From an uncultured Gammaproteobacteria bacterium (GTDB lineage Bacteria > Patescibacteriota > Microgenomatia > CAZTEW01), in assembly GCA_964612215.1 (NCBI GenBank), contig CAZTEW010000001.1, forward strand, positions 12,432 through 76,431: DNA of 64,000 nt, written 5' to 3'. The notes under the pieces are model-generated. The model ran no database searches and was not told the DNA's origin. It was given only the letters and a program-made list of their open reading frames with translations. The translations under genes and the position numbers were made by a program. Below, one piece after another: positions 37,094-46,102 of the stretch. Numbering within the stretch: position 1 is the first letter of the stretch; every line of letters begins with the position of its first letter.

Positions 37094-40090
37094 CTATTGC
37101 CAGGCGTCGCAGAGGAGTTGGTAGGGGCAGAAATCGCAGAGCTTGCTGGGTGTGGGCAAAAATTGACTTTTCTGAATTGCTTCAGCTTTTTGGATGATTT
37201 CTTTTTTGGCACTGGTCAGTTGGATTGCGGTTCGTTGCGTGGAAAGTTTTTGCACCGGCTCGAGGAAAATGAAACTGAGAATGATTTCTTCTGGTTTTTT
37301 GCCGTAAATGCCCGAATCAGTGGCCGCCAAGGCATAAATTGTCGCTTGTAAATCTTGGTCAACTTCTTTTTGGGTTTTCGCCTTGCCGGTTTTATAATCA
37401 ATGATTTCCATTTTGCCCGCCGACGAGGCGGAGTCAATCCGGTCGATTTTGCCTCTGATTTTCAGGCTGCGGCTCAGGGGGAAAGAAAAGCCCTGTTCTA
37501 AAGCCAGAGGTTTGATGCTGGAGTCATAAAGCTTTTTATAAAAATGGCGTAAAATAGTTTTGCCCCGCAGTAGCATTTTCTTTTCATGAGCTTTTGAAGA
37601 ATAGCCTAATGGCGACCAATTTTTTTCCAGAAGAGACAGGAGTTGCTGACCAGCAGGCTGTTTGAGCCGGTAAAAGTCTCTTAGGGTTTTATGAATCGTC
37701 TCGCCAAAACTAAGGCTGGCTGAGGCTGGTGTCGGTATTCGCAAAAGATATTGATATTTATACTGCAGAGGGCAAACAGCAAAGGTGTTAATTTGAGAAT
37801 AGGAAAGAGAGCTGATAGTGATTAGCGGTTCGCCAGCTGGTCCGCCTGCCAGGCGGGCAGGTCGGACTGACGGCGCTGGTTTAAAGTCAAGAAAAGAAAG
37901 CTGATCAGCCGGTTGCTTGGCTTGACGGCCAGGCATTTCTCCTAAAGTTTCAGAGACAAACGGTGAGATTTTTTTCTTCTGCTTAGCCTCAGCGTAATAA
38001 TCGGCCGCGGTTAAAAAAAGCCGGTCTTGAGCCCGGGTCAGCCCGACATAAAACAGCCGGCGTTCTTCTTGCTGGTGATAATCGCCCTGAGGCAAAAACT
38101 CCTTGATGATTGCTTCTGGCAAGGGGATTTGTTCCGGACGCTGGGTAGTGGGGAAGCGCTGATTAACGAGATTGACTAAGAAAACGACTGGAAACTCCAA
38201 ACCCTTAGCTGAGTGGATGGTGAGGAGATTGACCGCGTCGGTTTCGCTCCAATCGACATCAGCCGCCAAAGGCGATTCACCCAGGTTGATTTTCATCTTC
38301 AACCAGTCGACGACCGGAAAAACAGAAGCGTCTTCATGGTTGCTTTCATAAGTTCTCAGCTGGTCAAAAAATTTGGCTGTGTTCAGCGCTTGACGCTCAG
38401 CCAGGGCCGTCTGGTAGCTGGTAATCGCTTTCAGCAAACCGGTTTCTTCGAGGAAGTAATAAAGAATTTGACCGCTGCTTTTCTTGGGGATTAATTTTAA
38501 ATGCCGGTGAATCATTTTAATGATTTTGCTGATTTTCTGTTGGGAGTCGAGGCTGATTCTGGGTCGGGGCCGCTGGCTTTCTTCTTGACTGACTTCTTCA
38601 CAGCCTGTAAATAAAGACAGCTGATGTTTGCGGCTGAAACTGCGGATGGCCGCTAAATCCCGGGCCGAAACCTGGAAAATATCCATGGTTAAAACTCTGA
38701 AGAAAGCGACATCATCTTCAAAATCATCAAGAACTTGAAGATAAGCGATGAGATTCTTGATTTCTGGCTGGCGCAAAAGCCGGCCCGGGCCTAAAAATTG
38801 AGAGGGAATGTCATGACGAGTTAAGGCCTGGCTAAAAGGATGAGCATGGTTATTGGCCCGGACGAGAATCGCAAAATCCGACCAACGATAATTTTTACAT
38901 TTCGCAGAAATCCCGCCTTGCGGGCTTTTTAATTTTAAATTTTTAATTTTCTTTGCCACTGCTTCTGCTTCGTTTTCGACTCGATCAAGATGGAGAAATT
39001 CAATTTTTTCGCCTTTGATTTTCCGAACAGGCATGAGTCGTTTGTTGATTTTCTCCTGAATCTCGAGCCGGTCAGGATTGTTATGTTGGATAAGTTGATA
39101 AGCGGCGTCAAGAATCGTTTTCGTCGAGCGGTAATTGCGGATCAGAGAAACGACTTTTGCTTTGGGAAAGCGTTTTCTGAACTGAAGAACATTGGCAATG
39201 GCCGCGCCGCGCCATTTGTAGATCGCCTGGTCATCGTCACACGCAACGGTAATATTGGCCCGCCGATGAGGCGGGCGGGCGAGAAGAATCGCCAGTTCGT
39301 TTTGGCTGATGTTGGTATCCTGAAATTCGTCCACCAGCAGGTATCTAAAGCGCTGCTGATATTCTCTCAGAATATATTTTCTCTTTCGGAAAAGCTGGAG
39401 GGTATTGCTGATTAGGTCACTGAAATCCATTCGACTCTCTTTGATTTTCAGCTCTTGGTATTTTTTGAAAGCCCGAGCCAGCTCAAGATATTTTCTAACT
39501 TCAGTTTTATCAATTTTGATTTTTGATTTGTCATTTTGACTTTTGACTTGCCCGCCTTGCGGGATTTCTGCGAAATGTGACTTTTGAGTTTGAGCCCAAT
39601 GAAAATATTCATTGGGCGATATATCTTCGTCACGCAAGCGATTAAAATGCTGGAGCAAACCGCCGAGGAATTTAGTCGGGTTGCCTTGGGGTCGGAAATA
39701 ATTGAGCGGCAAGTCAAAAAGATGGTTTTTCAAGAACAGCAAAGATTCAGCTTCAGTCATCAGGACGAAGCCTGGGTCTAGGCCGACATTCACCGCTTCA
39801 TCGCGCAAAACCCGGTCGCAAAAAGAATGAAAAGTCGCAATCCACATTTGGGTGTAGCCGTAAGGCATGGCCTGGTCAACCCTTTCTTCCATTTCCTGAG
39901 CGGCTTTCTCGGTGAAAGTTAGGGCCAGGATTTCTGCCGGCTTGGCAAGACCCTGATTGATCAACCACCTGATTCGTTCAGTGATGACGGTAGTTTTGCC
40001 AGTGCCAGCGCCGGCAATAATCAACAAAGGACCTTGTTTGTGTTCGACCGCTCTTTTCTGTTCTGGATTAAGAACTTTTCTGTCCGTCAC
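37094..40090 (-). CDS. UvrD/PcrA-family helicase fused to C-terminal PD-(D/E)xK nuclease with 4-Cys cluster (AddA/AddB/Cas4-like)
   Basis: 998 aa. Walker A IIAGAGTGKTTV. UvrD motifs. C-terminus CPLQYKYQY..CDFCPYQLLCDAWQ. Carries two in-frame palindromic element insertions. Confidence 0.8.
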   Translation of the reverse strand: MTDRKVLNPEQKRAVEHKQGPLLIIAGAGTGKTTVITERIRWLINQGLAKPAEILALTFTEKAAQEMEERVDQAMPYGYTQMWIATFHSFCDRVLRDEAVNVGLDPGFVLMTEAESLLFLKNHLFDLPLNYFRPQGNPTKFLGGLLQHFNRLRDEDISPNEYFHWAQTQKSHFAEIPQGGQVKSQNDKSKIKIDKTEVRKYLELARAFKKYQELKIKESRMDFSDLISNTLQLFRKRKYILREYQQRFRYLLVDEFQDTNISQNELAILLARPPHRRANITVACDDDQAIYKWRGAAIANVLQFRKRFPKAKVVSLIRNYRSTKTILDAAYQLIQHNNPDRLEIQEKINKRLMPVRKIKGEKIEFLHLDRVENEAEAVAKKIKNLKLKSPQGGISAKCKNYRWSDFAILVRANNHAHPFSQALTRHDIPSQFLGPGRLLRQPEIKNLIAYLQVLDDFEDDVAFFRVLTMDIFQVSARDLAAIRSFSRKHQLSLFTGCEEVSQEESQRPRPRISLDSQQKISKIIKMIHRHLKLIPKKSSGQILYYFLEETGLLKAITSYQTALAERQALNTAKFFDQLRTYESNHEDASVFPVVDWLKMKINLGESPLAADVDWSETDAVNLLTIHSAKGLEFPVVFLVNLVNQRFPTTQRPEQIPLPEAIIKEFLPQGDYHQQEERRLFYVGLTRAQDRLFLTAADYYAEAKQKKKISPFVSETLGEMPGRQAKQPADQLSFLDFKPAPSVRPARLAGGPAGEPLITISSLSYSQINTFAVCPLQYKYQYLLRIPTPASASLSFGETIHKTLRDFYRLKQPAGQQLLSLLEKNWSPLGYSSKAHEKKMLLRGKTILRHFYKKLYDSSIKPLALEQGFSFPLSRSLKIRGKIDRIDSASSAGKMEIIDYKTGKAKTQKEVDQDLQATIYALAATDSGIYGKKPEEIILSFIFLEPVQKLSTQRTAIQLTSAKKEIIQKAEAIQKSQFLPTPSKLCDFCPYQLLCDAWQ
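38890..38950. mobile_element. Palindromic hairpin element copy 2, in-frame within helicase gene
   Basis: aatttttACATTTCGCAGAAAT-CCCGCCTTGCGGG-ctttttaattttaaatttttaatttt. Identical 36-nt core to copy 1. Encodes KKIKNLKLKSPQGGISAKCKN. Confidence 0.6.
39511..39590. mobile_element. Palindromic hairpin element copy 3 (opposite-arm variant), in-frame within helicase gene
   Basis: ttttgatttttgatttgtcattttgacttttgacttg-CCCGCCTTGCGGG-ATTTCTGCGAAATGtgacttttgag. The right arm is the reverse complement of the left arm of copies 1 and 2. Flanked by direct repeat tgacttttga. Encodes EIPQGGQVKSQNDKSKIKID. Confidence 0.55.
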
Positions 40091-41116
40091 CTATAAGCCT
40101 GCTTTTAGCTGTTTGTTTTCTCGGATGGACTCGGAAAGAGCTTGAGTCGAGGAGAGTTTTTGGCCGAGCAAAGAAAAGCTTTGGAGAACATGGGCAAATT
40201 GATTATAAGCATTATTAAGGTGTTTGCCTAAAACCTGAAGAACGCTGTCAGTTTTCTGATAGTCTTTTTGAATCGCTCTCAGCAGGCGAAAGACTTGACG
40301 CGATCGGGCTTCAATTTTTTGGCCCTCAAAAGAAAGCAGAACGGTTTGCAGGTGGACATAAAGAGTGTTAGGTGAAACTGGATAAACCCGCTGCTGGCGA
40401 GCATATTCAAGAAGAGAAGCATTGTTAGCCACTTCGTAAAAGACTGTCTCTGAAGGCAAATACATGAAAGCAAAGTCTAACGTTCCTTCCTCAGGCAAAA
40501 TATATTTTTTGGCGATGTCCTGGATATGTTTTTTAATGTTCTGACTGAAGGTTTTTTTGGCGGCCTGGCGGTCGGCCTTAGTTTGGCTGGTGATCATCCG
40601 CCGAAAGTTTTCCATGGGAAACTTGGAGTCAATCGGCAGGATGCCGGCTGAAGTTTTAATGGCGGCATCAACTTTTTCGCCGGACTTAAAGGAGTGCTGG
40701 AAAAAAAAGCTGCCCTTGGGAAAAGCTTCGGCAATTAAGTCTTTGAGAACCTGTTCGCCAATATTGCCCCGTAGCTTTGGTGATTGGAGGAAAACCTGAA
40801 GTTCGCGCATGCTACTGCCTAGCTCTGACATTTTCCCTACTTCCTTAGAGACTTGACCAATAAAGCGCGCGGCATTATCCAGTCTTTCATTGATGGTTTT
40901 GGTAGTTGTTTGCAGAGTGTCAGAGATATTTTTCGATTGGTCCTGAAGGCCTTTTTGCACGCCGGCAGTGCCTTTTTGAAAAATCTCCATTGCCTTGAGA
41001 AAGTTTTCATCCGGTTTAAGAGATTTGGTCAATTGCTGGAGGCGGCGGTTAATTAACCAGAAAAGCACCGCCAAAGCGGCAATGATCAGAGCGCTAATCA
41101 GATAGACTTCCTGGTT
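40091..41116 (-). CDS. rmuC: DNA recombination protein RmuC
   Basis: N-terminal TM, coiled coil, RmuC core RGNIGEQVLKDLIAEAFP..ILPIDSKFPMENF. Start moved to MNQEVYLISALII (41116). The Lys-rich 80-aa track extension is rejected. Confidence 0.65.
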   Translation of the reverse strand, partial: NQEVYLISALIIAALAVLFWLINRRLQQLTKSLKPDENFLKAMEIFQKGTAGVQKGLQDQSKNISDTLQTTTKTINERLDNAARFIGQVSKEVGKMSELGSSMRELQVFLQSPKLRGNIGEQVLKDLIAEAFPKGSFFFQHSFKSGEKVDAAIKTSAGILPIDSKFPMENFRRMITSQTKADRQAAKKTFSQNIKKHIQDIAKKYILPEEGTLDFAFMYLPSETVFYEVANNASLLEYARQQRVYPVSPNTLYVHLQTVLLSFEGQKIEARSRQVFRLLRAIQKDYQKTDSVLQVLGKHLNNAYNQFAHVLQSFSLLGQKLSSTQALSESIRENKQLKAGL

Positions 41117-41150
41117 CATTATTGTTAGTATATCATTGACAGCCAGGCCA

Positions 41151-41474
41151 ATGAAATTAATTAAACGCCGCCGGTCTAACTTTCTCTTGACTTTGATTTT
41201 CGCGGTTTTCTTTTGGCTGGTGTGGTTTTTTATCGTTTTTTTTGCTTCTCCGACCGACAAGTTCATGACGCCGTTTTTCTTTTTCGCCCTTTTTTTATCT
41301 TTAAGCCTGACTTTAGGCATGATGCTGGCTAATTGCCGCCGCGGTTTTTTCATAGCCTCTGGCCTTGTTTTAGCCTTACTTTTGCAATGGCAGCAACTAA
41401 TTCATTGGCTGAATCTTATTCTTTTGGCGGCTGTCCTTCTTTGTTTTGAAGCCTACTTTACAAAAAAGAAATAA
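41151..41474 (+). CDS. Small polytopic membrane protein (hypothetical)
   Basis: About 107 aa from MKLIKRRRS. 3 predicted TM helices. Confidence 0.3.
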   Translation: MKLIKRRRSNFLLTLIFAVFFWLVWFFIVFFASPTDKFMTPFFFFALFLSLSLTLGMMLANCRRGFFIASGLVLALLLQWQQLIHWLNLILLAAVLLCFEAYFTKKK

Positions 41475-41504
41475 TATGCTAGTCTTTTTTCGATTAAACG
41501 AAAT

Positions 41505-41873
41505 ATGCAGATTTCAGGTAAAAAATTAAACCAAAATCTAGAAAAACAGATTTTCCAGGTTCTTCATCAGCTCGTGGCTGATTTGGGAAGCCCAAAAGAG
41601 GTAGAAATCTTTCTTGACGACTTTCTAACCGCAGCGACGAAGACAAGCCTGGCTAAAAAAGTGATGATTGCGCTCTTTCTTGATCAGAAAATGGCTTATG
41701 AAAAAATCCGTGATAGCCTTAACGTTTCCACCTCGACCATTTCCGAGATCTATAATCGCCTGGGTCATGATGGAATTCAGCTAGCTATCAAGAAAATCAA
41801 AGCTGAAGAATGGGCGAATAAATGGTCTAAAAAAATCAACAGCGTTCTTGCCAAAATTCTTCCCAAAACCTAG
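41505..41873 (+). CDS. TrpR-like DNA-binding protein (YerC/YecD family)
   Basis: 122 aa. FLDDFLTAATKTSLAKKVMIALFLDQKMAYEKIRDSLNVSTSTISEI matches the YerC/YecD Trp-repressor-like fold. Confidence 0.5.
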   Translation: MQISGKKLNQNLEKQIFQVLHQLVADLGSPKEVEIFLDDFLTAATKTSLAKKVMIALFLDQKMAYEKIRDSLNVSTSTISEIYNRLGHDGIQLAIKKIKAEEWANKWSKKINSVLAKILPKT

Positions 41874-41894
41874 CTTTCCTGCTAAAATATCTTC

Positions 41895-43331
41895 ATGGCC
41901 AAGAAATTTTACATTACGACCGCTATTCCTTACGTCAATGCCTCACCCCATTTAGGTCATGCCTTGGAATTTGTTCAGGTCGATGCTGCTGCCAGGTATC
42001 ATCGCTTAGTCGGGGAGGTCTTTTTTGCTACCGGCTCTGATGAGAATGCCTTGAAAAATGTTCAAGCAGCCCAGAAAAGGAACATGACCACTCAACAGTT
42101 GTGCGACCAGGTGACTCAAGAATTTAAGAAGTTTGCCAGACGGCTTAACATTCAATATGATGTCTGGCGCCGAGGGTCTGATAAAAAAAGACATTGGCCA
42201 GGGGTGCATCGACTTTGGCAGCTTTGTCAAAAATCCGGCGATATCTATAAGAAAAGTTACCAGGGGCTTTATTGTGTCGGTTGTGAAGCTTTTTTGACTC
42301 CTAAAGACCTACAGAATGGTCAATGCCCGTACCACTTAAAGAAGCCAGAATTGATTGAAGAAATAAATTATTTCTTTCGCCTGTCCAAATACGAAGACAA
42401 GATAAAACATTTAATCGAGTCGAACGAACTGAAAGTTTTTCCTAAAAAAAGAAAAAATGAAATTTTAGCTTTCATTAATCAGGGGTTGAAAGATTTTAGC
42501 GTTTCTAGGTCAACTCAAAGAACGCATGGTTGGGGCATCCCTGTTCCTGGTGATGATTCCCAAATGATTTATGTTTGGTATGACGCCTTAACTATTTATA
42601 TGACGGCGGTGGGTTGGGGTTATGACCAAAAGCGCTGGAAGGGGTTCTGGCCAGCCGACCTTCATGTTATCGGCAAGGATATCGTCCGTTTTCATGCCGT
42701 TTATTGGCCGGCAATGCTTTTAAGCGCCGGGCTAGCTTTACCCAAAGCAATTTTAGTGCACGGTTTCATCACCTCCGGCGGCCAAAAAATGGCCAAGAGT
42801 TTAGGTAATGTTGTTGATCCTCAGGAAATTGCCAAAAAATACGGCGCTGATGCCCTGAGATATTATCTTTTAAAAGAAATTCCTACTCAAGATGACGGTG
42901 ATTTCACTGTTAAGCATTTTGAGGAAATTTATAATGCTGATCTGGCTAATGGGCTAGGGAATTTAGTGCAGCGGGTGGCAAAGCTAGCCGAAGATTATAA
43001 AATTTATAACAATTATAAACTTTATAAAAACTATAAAATTTATAATAAATTTTTTAGTGAATATCGCTTTAACGACTGTTTGGTTTGGTTGTGGGAAAAA
43101 ATTGCCAGTGTCGATAAATACCTTGATCAAACTCAGCCGTGGAATAAGAAAGGGAAAGAACGAGTCAAGATATTAGTGAAACCAGTGAAGGAGATTCGCG
43201 AGATTGCTTTTCTTTTACAGCCATTTTTGCCGGAAACAGCCGTGGCCATTGAGAAAATATTCAGCGCCGATAAAATAAAAGCACCGGGAAAACCACTTTT
43301 TCCGCGCCTGCCGGTCGGCAGGCAGGGGTGA
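41895..43331 (+). CDS. metG: Methionine--tRNA ligase
   Basis: 478 aa. HIGH-type PYVNASPHLGHALE. KMSKS as KMAKSLGN. Confidence 0.9.
   Translation: MAKKFYITTAIPYVNASPHLGHALEFVQVDAAARYHRLVGEVFFATGSDENALKNVQAAQKRNMTTQQLCDQVTQEFKKFARRLNIQYDVWRRGSDKKRHWPGVHRLWQLCQKSGDIYKKSYQGLYCVGCEAFLTPKDLQNGQCPYHLKKPELIEEINYFFRLSKYEDKIKHLIESNELKVFPKKRKNEILAFINQGLKDFSVSRSTQRTHGWGIPVPGDDSQMIYVWYDALTIYMTAVGWGYDQKRWKGFWPADLHVIGKDIVRFHAVYWPAMLLSAGLALPKAILVHGFITSGGQKMAKSLGNVVDPQEIAKKYGADALRYYLLKEIPTQDDGDFTVKHFEEIYNADLANGLGNLVQRVAKLAEDYKIYNNYKLYKNYKIYNKFFSEYRFNDCLVWLWEKIASVDKYLDQTQPWNKKGKERVKILVKPVKEIREIAFLLQPFLPETAVAIEKIFSADKIKAPGKPLFPRLPVGRQG
42993..43048. repeat. 9-nt tandem repeat (tataaaNNt x about 6) encoding YKIYNNYKLYKNYKIYNK inside metG
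   Basis: Direct read: gattataaaatttataacaattataaactttataaaaactataaaatttataataaa. Confidence 0.7.
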
Positions 43332-43335
43332 AAAT

Positions 43336-44820
43336 ATGCGACGATTCTTCAGAAGACATGATCGGCAGATTACCCGGGCTTTGGAAATTTTGCCCGGCTT
43401 CCTTTCTTGGAACCTGATTCTTTTTCCATTCTGGGGAGCTTTTTTTTCGCCGCTCTTGGTCGGCTATTTTATTCTTGCCTTTGACGTTTTTTGGCTTTAT
43501 AAATCAGCCTCGCTGGCCTTAACGGCGACCCTTTCTCATTTTAAAATCCGGGCATCGGAAAAACTTGATTGGCTCAGAGAAGTCAAGGGTTTTGGTGATT
43601 GGCAAAAAGTCCATCATCTTGTTTTAATTCCTACCTATCAAGAACCGCTCCATATTTTAAGAAGGACGATTCGCAGATTGAGCGAACAAACTTTTCCGGC
43701 AAAACAAATCACGGTAGTTTTGGCCACTGAAATTCGGGAAAAAGAGGCGGTGGTAAAAGCTAAGATCTTGAAAAAAGAATTTGGCAGTTATTTCGGCCAG
43801 TTTTTGATTACGGTTCATCCGGACATTCCCGGCGAAGTCAAAGGCAAATCTTCTAACCAGGCTTGGGCGGGCAAGCAGGCAAAAGAATATCTAGTTGACA
43901 AACTAAAATACAATCTTGATTATTTGACGATTACTTCGCTTGATGCTGACGGCCTGCTTCATCCACAATATTTTGCTTATTTAACTTTTAAATTTCTTGA
44001 CAGTCCTCAGCGCTATCGGCTTTTTTGGCACTCGGCGGTGATGCATTACAATAACTATTGGCGGGTGCCGGCGCCAATCCGAGTGATCAACACTATTGGC
44101 TCGGTTTGGCGGACCGGGATTTTGATTCGCCGCGACCGCCTCATCCAAATGTCAGTCTATTCGGCTTCCCTCAAGATGATTGATGAGGTGGGCTATTGGG
44201 ATGTGGATGTGATTCCTGAGGATTACCGCATCTTTTTTAAGTGCTTTTTTCACTTTCAAGGCAAGGTTGAGGTTGAACCGATTTTTCTAGCAACCTTTGT
44301 TGACGCTGCGGAAAGCACCAGTTATTGGCGGACAATGGTTAATCAGTACGAACAAATGAAACGCTGGGCCTGGGGCGTTTCTGATGACCCCCAATTAATT
44401 AAATGGTGGTTTACCGCCCCGCAAGTTTCTTTTTGGGATAAAACCATTCATTTGTTAAAGGTTCTTGAAGACCATGTCCTTTGGCCGGTTAATTGGTTTA
44501 TTATTACTTTAGGAGTTAATATCCCCACGCTGATTAATCCCAATTTCCGACGCTTGGCCTTGGGTTTTAATTTACCGCGGCTTTCTTTCTGGATTTTAAC
44601 GGCCTGTCTGTTCTTTTTAGGAATAGTTTTAATAATCAACGCTCGCCAGCGGCCGCCGCGGCCGAAACACATTTCCCGCTGGCGTTCTTTCCTGATTCCT
44701 TTTGAATTCCTTTTAATGCCGATTGTCGGTTTTTTCTTTAATGCTTTACCTGGTCTTGACGCCCACACCCGCTTGATGCTCGGCAAATACCTTGAATACC
44801 GAGTGACAGAAAAGGTATAA
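43336..44820 (+). CDS. Processive family-2 glycosyltransferase (cellulose/chitin/PNAG-synthase-like)
   Basis: 494 aa with N- and C-terminal TM bundles. DXD-like TSLDADG. QxxRW motif in EQMKRWAWG. Confidence 0.6.
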   Translation: MRRFFRRHDRQITRALEILPGFLSWNLILFPFWGAFFSPLLVGYFILAFDVFWLYKSASLALTATLSHFKIRASEKLDWLREVKGFGDWQKVHHLVLIPTYQEPLHILRRTIRRLSEQTFPAKQITVVLATEIREKEAVVKAKILKKEFGSYFGQFLITVHPDIPGEVKGKSSNQAWAGKQAKEYLVDKLKYNLDYLTITSLDADGLLHPQYFAYLTFKFLDSPQRYRLFWHSAVMHYNNYWRVPAPIRVINTIGSVWRTGILIRRDRLIQMSVYSASLKMIDEVGYWDVDVIPEDYRIFFKCFFHFQGKVEVEPIFLATFVDAAESTSYWRTMVNQYEQMKRWAWGVSDDPQLIKWWFTAPQVSFWDKTIHLLKVLEDHVLWPVNWFIITLGVNIPTLINPNFRRLALGFNLPRLSFWILTACLFFLGIVLIINARQRPPRPKHISRWRSFLIPFEFLLMPIVGFFFNALPGLDAHTRLMLGKYLEYRVTEKV

Positions 44821-44827
44821 TCTTTTT

Positions 44828-46102
44828 ATGAACCAATTTACCGCCAGTTTGTGGGGAGATGAAGCCTTTGCTGCGGTTTTAGCCCAAAAGCCATATTGGC
44901 AAATTGTTCTCAGGGCTGCCAGAGACACTTCGCCGCCTCTTTTTTATCTTTCCCTTCATACCTGGATGAAGTTTTTTGGCAGCAGTGAGCTGGCCATCAG
45001 AACCCACTCCTTTCTCTATTTCCTCTTGTTGATTTATGTGGTTTATCTTTTTGGGAAACATCTTTTCAATAAGAAAATTGGCATGATCGCGGCAATGTTA
45101 ACCTTTCTCAACCCTTTTTTATTTCAATATGGTTTTGAAGGCCGAATGTATTCCATTCTAGCCTTTTATTCTACTTTATCGATGTATTTTTTTATCACCC
45201 AAAAGAAATGGCCCTATATTTTAGCGAGCACGGCTGCCTTGTATTCTCATCATTTTGCTATTTTTATTATTTTGAGCCAATTTATTTTTCAGCTACCAAA
45301 ATTAAAGAAAAATTTCATAGAAACGATTAAACCATTTTTCTGGATAGGATTTTTCTACCTTCCTTGGCTTTATCCTCTTTATTATCAGACTTCATTAGTC
45401 ACCAGTGGTTTTTGGTTGGCTAAACCTGATTTAGAAAGCGTTTATCATCTTTTTAGAAGTTTTTTGGCGGGCGGCTTTGAGCATCAGCTTAAGAACAAGA
45501 TTTTACTGGTTAGCGGTTTATTGCTTTTAGGCCGGCGCTGGCAGAAAGAGGATTTCTTGCTTTTGGGCTGGCTGGCTTTACCAATTAGCCTGACCTTCCT
45601 TTTTTCTCAACTTAAACAATCCATTTTTTTTGACCGCTACTTGCTTTTTGTCATCCCGTCCCTAATTTTGCTTATGACATCCCGACTAAGAAAAATAGCC
45701 TATCCGTTGTTAGTCTTGTTGATTTTCTGGCTGGCAGTGACTAATTTTTCCTATTTTACCCAGCCGACAAAAAGGCCGTTTCGAGAATTGGCTCAATTTG
45801 TTCACCAAACAGCTAGGCCTGGCGACGCATTAATTAACTGGAGTGGTCAGGCTCATCATTTTTTCGAATCTAAATATTATGGTCTATCAGCACCGCTTTA
45901 TTATCCCCAAGGCGAACCGCCATTTTATATTGGGACTGCTTTAATGGAAGCAGAAGATATTATTAAAGAGTTGCCAGTCAAAGGAAGAACTGGAGTGGTT
46001 ACCAGCGACTCAACCGAGTCAGTAACCTTGCCTGGCTACCAACAAGAACAGGTTCATAATTTTGGCGGTTTGAAATTAATATGGTTTATCAAAAGATTTT
46101 GA
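44828..46102 (+). CDS. GT-C fold membrane glycosyltransferase (ArnT/PMT-like)
   Basis: 424 aa polytopic. N-terminal WGDEAF..DTSPPLFY loop typical of GT39/GT83. Confidence 0.55.
   Translation: MNQFTASLWGDEAFAAVLAQKPYWQIVLRAARDTSPPLFYLSLHTWMKFFGSSELAIRTHSFLYFLLLIYVVYLFGKHLFNKKIGMIAAMLTFLNPFLFQYGFEGRMYSILAFYSTLSMYFFITQKKWPYILASTAALYSHHFAIFIILSQFIFQLPKLKKNFIETIKPFFWIGFFYLPWLYPLYYQTSLVTSGFWLAKPDLESVYHLFRSFLAGGFEHQLKNKILLVSGLLLLGRRWQKEDFLLLGWLALPISLTFLFSQLKQSIFFDRYLLFVIPSLILLMTSRLRKIAYPLLVLLIFWLAVTNFSYFTQPTKRPFRELAQFVHQTARPGDALINWSGQAHHFFESKYYGLSAPLYYPQGEPPFYIGTALMEAEDIIKELPVKGRTGVVTSDSTESVTLPGYQQEQVHNFGGLKLIWFIKRF

Noticed and set aside
41117-41353. 80-aa Lys-rich N-terminal extension of RmuC in the track ORF
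   Set aside because: Low-complexity K/R run with no homology. RmuC proteins begin with the TM helix (MNQEVYLISALII). The extension also overlaps the divergent small ORF.
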